Below, one piece after another: positions 29,963-37,102 of a stretch of 64,000 nucleotides of DNA (position 1 is its first letter; every line of letters starts with the position of its first letter). Where the stretch lies: contig CALBZA010000004.1 in NCBI GenBank assembly GCA_937890005.1, positions 280,573 through 344,572 on the forward strand, given 5' to 3'. The position numbers were made by a program, and so were the translations under genes. The notes beneath the pieces are model-generated. The model saw only the letters and a program-made list of their open reading frames with translations, made no database searches and was not told the origin of the DNA. This stretch comes from an uncultured Verrucomicrobia subdivision 3 bacterium (GTDB taxonomy: Bacteria > Verrucomicrobiota > Verrucomicrobiia > Limisphaerales > DASXHY01).

Positions 29963-31126
29963 TCAGGTGCTGTGATAGAGGAAGGCGACAAACTTGAGCG
30001 GCTGGTCGAAGGGATTTTCAATGCCGTGCACACCACCGCTCTTCGTGAAAATCACGCTGCCAGGCTCGACATCGACCTTCCGGCATTTCTTGGGATCGAG
30101 TCCGAAAATCTGCCGTTCCGCGAGAGGAAACGCCGCGAGCGCGGGATCGTCATTCTCACCGAGATATGCCACGCCTTTTCCAGAAACGATGTAATACAGC
30201 TCTTCGCTGCCGATGTGTTGATGCGTGCCCTCCACCTTCTTCGGTGGAACAACGACTTCATGGAAAAACACCAAAGAACCGCCGAGCTCCTGCTGCAGCA
30301 CCCAGCGCATTTCAATGATGTTGTCGTCGCGCCGCAACGGATCACCCTCGTTCATCATCGCGTTGCGATAGCGGACAGGCGCGATGTCCGAAACCTTTCC
30401 AAAGAAAAATCCGCGCTGGAAGTTGATCTCGTAATTCTCAACCGGAACGGTGTTTTGACTGCTGCTCGGCTCCTGCGTGTTCGGCACCTGGATGTTGCGC
30501 CGGTAAAAGTTGTCCCATGCGGCATCGTAATCGCCGGGTCCGTCGGGAACGGTGTAGCCGAAGGGCAGATGCTGCGTGTTTTCGCGAAAGGCGAGTTCCA
30601 CGCGGATCAAGTCCTTGAGATCCGCCAGCGCCGCGCCGAATTGCGGCACTCGCGTGATGGAACCGTCGCGCCCCATCAGATCAAGCACCTTGATGTCGTG
30701 CCGCAGATTGTTCGGGAGTTCCAGTGTCTCCCAGAGTTCAACCTGAAAGGCGTCGATCCACGGACAGTAACTGAGCTTCACGCGCGCTTCGGCGACGTTG
30801 TTGGGATTACCCGGACCCAACCGCGCCCACGCGACAACCTGTCCGCTCAAAAGGCGTCCCCGCTCGCGTACACCTTCCACCAGCCGGCTCGCGCGATATT
30901 CGATGCGAAGAAAATTGCAGAGGCGAACGTCGTCGAGATACACCTCGCCTTTCATGACGGTGGCGTCGGCTTTCGAACGCACTTCGCGGACGTTGTAGCG
31001 ATAGCGCGGACTGCGGGTCGCGTTGAGATATTGCGCGTGATAAATCCGGTCCGGAAAGAACACGACCTGAAAGATCGAGTTCGATGGATGCGACGCGATT
31101 TCTGAGAACTGGGCGTGGTCGGACAT
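29963..31126 (-). CDS. two-domain protein: unknown N-terminal domain plus C-terminal metal-binding cupin (paralog of 28616..29959)
   Basis: 387 aa from the ATG at 31126, 2 nt after the GMC gene stop. Cupin motif 1 is EGTHQHIGSEELYYIVSGKG and motif 2 is KSGGVHGIEN. Confidence 0.75.
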   Translation of the reverse strand: MSDHAQFSEIASHPSNSIFQVVFFPDRIYHAQYLNATRSPRYRYNVREVRSKADATVMKGEVYLDDVRLCNFLRIEYRASRLVEGVRERGRLLSGQVVAWARLGPGNPNNVAEARVKLSYCPWIDAFQVELWETLELPNNLRHDIKVLDLMGRDGSITRVPQFGAALADLKDLIRVELAFRENTQHLPFGYTVPDGPGDYDAAWDNFYRRNIQVPNTQEPSSSQNTVPVENYEINFQRGFFFGKVSDIAPVRYRNAMMNEGDPLRRDDNIIEMRWVLQQELGGSLVFFHEVVVPPKKVEGTHQHIGSEELYYIVSGKGVAYLGENDDPALAAFPLAERQIFGLDPKKCRKVDVEPGSVIFTKSGGVHGIENPFDQPLKFVAFLYHST

Positions 31127-31128
31127 GG

Positions 31129-32934
31129 CTAGAGCACCTGGGTTGCGAGATGTTGCCCAACGCGAAATGCATTGGCCTGGATCGTCAGGGTCGGATTCGC
31201 TCCGCCGCTGGTCGGCATGAATGAACCGTCGGTGACGTAAAGATTGTCGAAGTCCCAAACGCGGCACTGTTTATCGAGCACGGAATTGTTCCGATTCGTT
31301 CCAAAACGCGCGCCGCCGAGAATGTGATTCGCGATGCGGACGCCGTTCCCGTAAACGCTGCCCTCCTCGATGTCGTCAGGCGTCGTGCCGGGAACGCCCT
31401 TGAGCAGAATCTCTTCGCAATAACGCGCCAGCGTGCGCATGACATGCCCGTCATGCGGATGCCAGTCCTTCACGATGTGCGCGCTCTTGCGATTCCATTT
31501 GTCGCGGACGTTGGAAAGCCGGATGTGATTTTGAAACCACGGAATCTGGTTCGCCATGAAGCTGACGGAAAGCCGCGTGCCGAAGTCGGCATCGAGCCAG
31601 CCGTTGATGCGATCGCCGTAAAGCCCGGTGTCGCCCGCAAATCCCAGCCACAGCGTGTCGAGGTCCGTGCTGCGATGCGTCCGCGCCAGCGAGATCGGCA
31701 GAGCCTGGTCGCTGGTGTTGTTGTAAATCGCGCCGCCCGCCCAGAGCTTTTCCTGCTGAATGAATTCAGGCCGCGCACAGAAATCCGTCGCCCAATCACT
31801 GTCGAGCGAGATCGACTTGTCGTAGCGTTTCCCCTTGATCGCCACTTCCGCGCCGCCGAAACAATGCGTCAGAAAGTAACGTCCCAGCAGACTGTCGTTT
31901 TCTTCGTAACGGATTTTTGCGCCAAATCCCGGACGATCCTCCTCAGCCGAAAGCATCAACAACCGAACCGATTCAATCGCCGAACAGGCCACCACCACGA
32001 TCTTGCCGGAAACTTCGCGGCGCGAACCGTCAGGCGAACGATAATGAACCGTGGTGACCCTCGAACCGTTTGAAGACAAATGCGTCACCACACAGTTGCA
32101 GCGAAGCGTGATTCGGCCCGGCCACTTCCGAATCGCGGGCCGCAACAAGGACACCCACGTGTTCGACTTGAATCCCATCGGATCGCCATATCGATTCACG
32201 AAACCGGTCTTTGGATCCCCTGCCTTGCGGCCTGATTCCGCGTGATCCTGAGTGATCACCGCGAGCGGCGTTCGGTAAGGATTCATTCCCAAGGCATCCA
32301 TTCCCGCCTTGGCGTGCGTGCTGATGGGATTCGGTGGAAGCGGTGTTTGATAAAAGTTGCCGCTCGGAAACGGCTTCAATTGTCCCTGAACGGATCCGTT
32401 GATTCCAACGAGCTTTTCAGCCATCGCGTAGAACGACTCCAGTTCGCTGTAGGAAATCGGCCAGTCGAGGATTGAAATGTCCGGACTGTTCAAATCGATT
32501 TCCGGCAATTGGCGTCCGGCGTTGACGCTCGCCAAACGAAAATCGTCTGGGGCGAATCGCAACGACACCGCGCCATACAATTGTGTGCCGCCGCCAACAA
32601 CCTGCGCCGTGTAACCTTCGATGGTAACGACGGGCGTTTCTTCGAGGTTGTGGCTGTACAGATGCGGTTCGTCGTTGAGATCGGGTTCGATATGGCTCGT
32701 GTAGAACGCCGCGCCCGTGTTGGCGACACCGCTGATCGTGTGAATCTTCTCCGGGCCGGAACCGTAAAGTTCGTCGCGCTTGAAATCGCTCAAACCGTTT
32801 GGACTGTCCTGCTGTGTGCGCAGGAGCGGTCCCTTTTCCAGAACAAGAACCGACTTGCCCGCTTCGGCCAGTTTGTAAGCGATCGGCGCGCCTCCGGCTC
32901 CACTTCCGATGATGACTGCGTCGAATGTTTCCAT
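31129..32934 (-). CDS. GMC-family FAD-dependent oxidoreductase (large subunit of the gluconate-2-dehydrogenase / glucoside-3-dehydrogenase type)
   Basis: 601-aa ORF. N-terminal FDAVIIGSGAGGAPIAYKLAEAGKSVLVLEKG (FAD fold). C-terminal ANHILGGARFG and NLYVTDGSFMPTSGGANPTLTIQA. No signal peptide. Confidence 0.9.
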   Translation of the reverse strand: METFDAVIIGSGAGGAPIAYKLAEAGKSVLVLEKGPLLRTQQDSPNGLSDFKRDELYGSGPEKIHTISGVANTGAAFYTSHIEPDLNDEPHLYSHNLEETPVVTIEGYTAQVVGGGTQLYGAVSLRFAPDDFRLASVNAGRQLPEIDLNSPDISILDWPISYSELESFYAMAEKLVGINGSVQGQLKPFPSGNFYQTPLPPNPISTHAKAGMDALGMNPYRTPLAVITQDHAESGRKAGDPKTGFVNRYGDPMGFKSNTWVSLLRPAIRKWPGRITLRCNCVVTHLSSNGSRVTTVHYRSPDGSRREVSGKIVVVACSAIESVRLLMLSAEEDRPGFGAKIRYEENDSLLGRYFLTHCFGGAEVAIKGKRYDKSISLDSDWATDFCARPEFIQQEKLWAGGAIYNNTSDQALPISLARTHRSTDLDTLWLGFAGDTGLYGDRINGWLDADFGTRLSVSFMANQIPWFQNHIRLSNVRDKWNRKSAHIVKDWHPHDGHVMRTLARYCEEILLKGVPGTTPDDIEEGSVYGNGVRIANHILGGARFGTNRNNSVLDKQCRVWDFDNLYVTDGSFMPTSGGANPTLTIQANAFRVGQHLATQVL

Positions 32935-32937
32935 AGT

Positions 32938-33975
32938 TCAACCCCGGTATTCGGTGCTTCTTCCAAGCGGCGGTTCGATCGACCGCGCCCAATCGAACAA
33001 CGTGTTTCCATCAGCGTCCTTGTAACGCTCCGCCAGATATCGCCAGCCCGTTGCGCCGGCATTTCCGCCGTATTTCGGATGGCAGAACGCACCGGTCCAG
33101 GCGTGGCGCCGCAGCATTTGAAGAAAGAAACTCGGACCGCTGTAGAGGTTGTAGTCCCAGCCCGGCACATTGCCTGACGCCATTTCGTCGTAAAGCAGTT
33201 TGAACATGTCTCTCGGCATGTCGCGCGGTTCGAGATACGGATTTCGCTGACGGAGAATGCGGTTGATGATCGCGAGGCACGTTTTGTAGGCGGGCAGTTG
33301 ATGCCGCTCCTCGCGGGCGAGCAGTTTGTCCAGGAAGTTCACGACGCCGACCGAAATGTCGAACCGATGCAGATACGGATGATTCGGCCGCGGCGTCCCG
33401 ACTTCACGTTCGAGAAATTCGCGCGCCTCCTGAGTGTTGAACGGGAGGATGTGCCTCGTGAGCCGGTCCAGGATGATTCTTTCCCACCGTTCGAACGTGA
33501 TCGGTTCGAAGGTGGCGAAGGTGAAAAACGACGACCATTCCGTGCCGTTATCCTCAACCGTGATCTGCGGATTGATCGGATCGAGAATTTCAGTGTCACC
33601 CAGAATGAAGCGATACCGATAACAGCATCCTGCAGGCAGCACGACGGTGAGCGCGAAGTAACGGGAATCCTCAACCCGCTTTAAAGGCGTGCGAACGTAG
33701 AGGGCATCGAACGTTCCGCGAATCGAAACGGAAAATCCGTCGCCCGCATCCGGCGGCGCCATGTAGATGAACGTGACATCGTTCCGGCTCGCGCGAGTGG
33801 CATCGTCCCCGTCGCAATGCGGTTCAATGACCGGGAACCGCCATCCTTCGCTGAAGCGTCCGTGTCCGGCAGGAATCGCTCCAAAATAACTGTGCCGCGG
33901 AGAATCGTCATCCCTGGCGAGATATTTGGTGCAAAGATCAAAGAGATGCTGCGACCCCAGTTCGATGATTTCCAT
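32938..33975 (-). CDS. gluconate 2-dehydrogenase subunit 3-family protein fused to an N-terminal CBM48/AMPK-beta-like glycogen-binding-type module
   Basis: 345 aa from the ATG at 33975; the tracked ORF extends to 34113. The C-terminus HPKYGGNAGATGWRYL is the family signature. Residues ~75-160 (VTFIYMAPP..FSVSIRGTFD..LKRVEDSRYFALTVVLPAGCCYRYRFILGDTEILDPINP) fit the CBM48 pattern. No twin-arginine signal. Confidence 0.7.
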   Translation of the reverse strand: MEIIELGSQHLFDLCTKYLARDDDSPRHSYFGAIPAGHGRFSEGWRFPVIEPHCDGDDATRASRNDVTFIYMAPPDAGDGFSVSIRGTFDALYVRTPLKRVEDSRYFALTVVLPAGCCYRYRFILGDTEILDPINPQITVEDNGTEWSSFFTFATFEPITFERWERIILDRLTRHILPFNTQEAREFLEREVGTPRPNHPYLHRFDISVGVVNFLDKLLAREERHQLPAYKTCLAIINRILRQRNPYLEPRDMPRDMFKLLYDEMASGNVPGWDYNLYSGPSFFLQMLRRHAWTGAFCHPKYGGNAGATGWRYLAERYKDADGNTLFDWARSIEPPLGRSTEYRG

Positions 33976-34347
33976 AACCGATCCCGGCCTTTCGTGCCGT
34001 GTATTGCCCGATAGAAATCGAGTGCTGCACTGGAGTGGAGCCGGCAGCGTCCTGTCTTTCGCGTGTAAAAATGTTTGAACTACAAGCCCGAGGGAAGAAA
34101 CAGCGCATCCCAATCAAGCCGCTGTAACCGTGTGAGTGGAGTGACGCGATATTGCCTTCGCGCGATTTGATTTGTCCAACTGAAAAGTTGGAAAAACCCA
34201 TTTTCCCGTCGCCAACTTTTCATCGAATCGATGAACGCGCGGCGAACCGCGAGAGATTCGGTGGGCTGAGCTACGATTCACCCCAACAATCCGACCTACA
34301 CCCCTACCCCTACCCACCACACCCACTCACCGGCTCACGATCCCCCT

Positions 34348-36735
34348 TCACTCCTCCACCTTTTCAAGCGCGAAGAAACCCGACTCTCCTTCAATCGGCA
34401 GTTCAACAGAAGTGGTCGTACCGGTGGAAACAATCGGATCGCCCAGGTTCTGAAACGGTTCGTTTAAACGCGGCGTGGCCATGATCTGATACGTCGCTCC
34501 GGGTTCGCTCGTCCATTTCATGTTCAAAGCACTCCCGGAAATTTCAATGCTCAGTGCCGGGCGCGTCGCCGTCTGAAGCCGCCATGCTCCGATTCCCAAT
34601 GACGGAATGCCGCCAAGGCTCTGGAAGGTGCCGCCCACATAAATATTCTGCGGCGTGGCCGCCAACGCATACACCGCCGGTGGCGATCCGGCCGCCGTAC
34701 CGCCATTCATCGATTTCCACTCGTCGCCATCCCACACCGCCAGATGATTTGCCAGCACGCCCGAGGCATTCGTGAATACGCCGCCCGCGTAAACCTTTCC
34801 ATTGAGAGCGGAAATGGCCGCGACGAATTCCGCCGGGCTCTCGCCCAATCCATCGCCGAGCTTTTCCCACTTGGACCCGTCCCATTGCGCGATGCGATTG
34901 ACGTTGAGGCCTCCGGCGTTGGTGAAGTAGCCGCCTGCATACAGGTATTCGTCATCCTTCGCGAGAGCCAGGACGGTGGCGTTGACGCCGCTCCCAACGC
35001 TGGACCACGTCCCGCCATTCCACCGCGCCAGACCGGTGATGCTCACGTTTCCGACGCGATTGAACGCGCCGCCCACATAAAGATCATCATCAAGAATCAG
35101 CAGCGCGCGTCCTTCTCCTGGCGCACCGTCCGCATGAAGACCCTCGCCCACATCGAACCACGCCGAACCGTTCCATCGCGCGATTCCTGACACTGGAACA
35201 CCGCCGGCCGAGGTGAAGAATCCCGTGGCATACAGGTTGCCCGCGTCATCGGGCACCAGCCCACGGACGACCGCGTTATTTCCAGTCAGGCCACCGCCCA
35301 AAGCAGACCAGCCCTCTCCATTCCACCGCGCCACATTGATTGCACTGACGCCGCCCGCCGATGTGAACACGCCGCCTACATACACATTCGCTCCATGAAC
35401 CGCGATGGCGTGGACCTGTCCCGCGATTACGCCGGAGCTCACACCGTTGCTGAGTGCGTGAAATCGTGTTCCGTCCCAGCGTGCGATCGAGTTCGCAATT
35501 ACCGCTCCGGCCGTATCGAAAATGCCTCCGACATACACATTGGTTCCGCTTTGCTGGATGGCGAGCACGCTTCCGGAAATCCCGGCGCCCAACGGCAGCC
35601 AGTTCGCTCCGTCCCACATCGCCACATTCTGGATCGACAGCGGACCTGCGCGACTGAACGCGCCGCCGACATAAAGCCGACCTTCGTGAATGGCCAGCGC
35701 ATCGCCGCGTCCGCGGAAAAAGGTATTGCCGATCGGGGAAGAAATTCCGTCCTGCAATGCCGACCACGCGCCAGCCTCCCACTTTGCAATCGCATTCGCC
35801 GGTTCGCCTCCGGCAGTCGTGAAGTAGCCGGTGACATACAATGTCTCGCCCTCCACGGCGATTGCATGAACGCCATCGGTTACTCCTGTTGAAACACCGG
35901 AATCAAAGAAAGACCACGACGTGCCGTTCCATCGCGCAATTCGGGGGCCTGTTCCTCCGGTTACTCCGACGATCAAATCGCCGCCCATTGAGGCCAGAGC
36001 GCGGACCTGACTGGCCACCCCGGTTCCCAACGCCCCCCAACTGTTTCCGTTCAACCTGGCCAGATACAGGATGAGATTGGGCCCATCCAACACGATGAGG
36101 CTACCGCCGATAAACAATTCACCGTTGTGAACATGGATGGCGTCCAATGCGCCGCTGAGAATGGTGTTGTTCGCAATCGATGACCAGTTGGCGCCATCCC
36201 ACCGGGCCACTGCGTTTGCCTTGACCCCGCCGGCAGTGGCGAAACTTCCGCCGACATAAACCGAACCGCCATGGACCGTGATTGCGTTCACGGCGGGTGT
36301 CGTTCCGCCTGATACACCGTTGCCGAGAGCATGCCAGCTTTGTCCGTCCCAACGTGCGATGCCATTCACGAGAACGCCGCCGGCTCGCTTGAAATTTCCG
36401 CCCACGTAAACATTCGTGCCATCGACAGCAATCGCATTGACGCTCACGCTTGATCCGCTCATCGGCTCCGAAAGCCCGGTGCCCAACGCTGTCCAGCCGC
36501 GTCCATTCCAAAGAGCGATGTTACTCACCGAAAGGGAACCGGCGGTGTGAGGCAGCCCGCCGACGGTATCGAACGTTCCGCCAATGAACATCCCGGTTGC
36601 GGAACTGGCGAAGGCGCTCACCTTTCCATTCACCATTGGATACACGCCGCCGGGGAATCCGAAACGTTCATCCCATTGCGCATTCGCGCGCGGAATGAAA
36701 TGGAAAAGAAGGCTAAGGATAAAAATCCGGGACAT
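34348..36735 (-). CDS. secreted beta-propeller-type repeat protein (13-14 tandem ~52-aa repeats)
   Basis: Signal peptide from the ATG at 36735 (MSRIFILSLLFHFIPRANAQ); the ORF is open to 36783. It has a repeating unit IARW[DN]G..W..LG.G....V.A......lYVGG.F..AGG. The C-terminal ~90 aa is a distinct beta domain. Confidence 0.8.
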   Translation of the reverse strand: MSRIFILSLLFHFIPRANAQWDERFGFPGGVYPMVNGKVSAFASSATGMFIGGTFDTVGGLPHTAGSLSVSNIALWNGRGWTALGTGLSEPMSGSSVSVNAIAVDGTNVYVGGNFKRAGGVLVNGIARWDGQSWHALGNGVSGGTTPAVNAITVHGGSVYVGGSFATAGGVKANAVARWDGANWSSIANNTILSGALDAIHVHNGELFIGGSLIVLDGPNLILYLARLNGNSWGALGTGVASQVRALASMGGDLIVGVTGGTGPRIARWNGTSWSFFDSGVSTGVTDGVHAIAVEGETLYVTGYFTTAGGEPANAIAKWEAGAWSALQDGISSPIGNTFFRGRGDALAIHEGRLYVGGAFSRAGPLSIQNVAMWDGANWLPLGAGISGSVLAIQQSGTNVYVGGIFDTAGAVIANSIARWDGTRFHALSNGVSSGVIAGQVHAIAVHGANVYVGGVFTSAGGVSAINVARWNGEGWSALGGGLTGNNAVVRGLVPDDAGNLYATGFFTSAGGVPVSGIARWNGSAWFDVGEGLHADGAPGEGRALLILDDDLYVGGAFNRVGNVSITGLARWNGGTWSSVGSGVNATVLALAKDDEYLYAGGYFTNAGGLNVNRIAQWDGSKWEKLGDGLGESPAEFVAAISALNGKVYAGGVFTNASGVLANHLAVWDGDEWKSMNGGTAAGSPPAVYALAATPQNIYVGGTFQSLGGIPSLGIGAWRLQTATRPALSIEISGSALNMKWTSEPGATYQIMATPRLNEPFQNLGDPIVSTGTTTSVELPIEGESGFFALEKVEE

Positions 36736-36980
36736 CAGTCCGGTGCCACGCTGTAATTGGATCGGCCACCTGCAATTGTTCACTTTGGAATCCTTTCTTT
36801 GAAATGCGACGGCGAACGGACTGAACGCAACGCAGTCCCATCAACCGACGAATTGAACTAAAACACGCTCCCCGACGGGACCATCATTGCCCTGACCCGA
36901 CCAAAAGCTGTTTAGCCTTTTCGCGCATCGCTTTTCAACTCCTGTTTGCTGAGAAAGGAAGTTTGAAGAAGAAGTCCGCG

Positions 36981-37072
36981 GTCCAATGGTCCTATGGTCC
37001 AATGGTCCAATGGTCCAATGGTCCTATGGTCCTATGGTCCTATGGTCCTATGGTCCTATGGTCCTATGGTCC
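36981..37072. repeat. 8-bp tandem repeat (GTCCWATG)x11 plus degenerate copies
   Basis: 11 perfect head-to-tail units (4x gtccaatg, 7x gtcctatg) occupy 36981-37068. A decayed unit gtccgagg follows, and a further ccaatggtcca lies at 37084-37094. Confidence 0.95.
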
Positions 37073-37102
37073 GAGGTCGAGCCCCAATGGTCCAAACGCA
37101 GT

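Noticed and set aside
36981-37072. Possible CRISPR array (also considered for 46786-46819).
   Set aside because: The units are 7-8 bp and directly abutting, with no spacers. No cas genes are present in the window.
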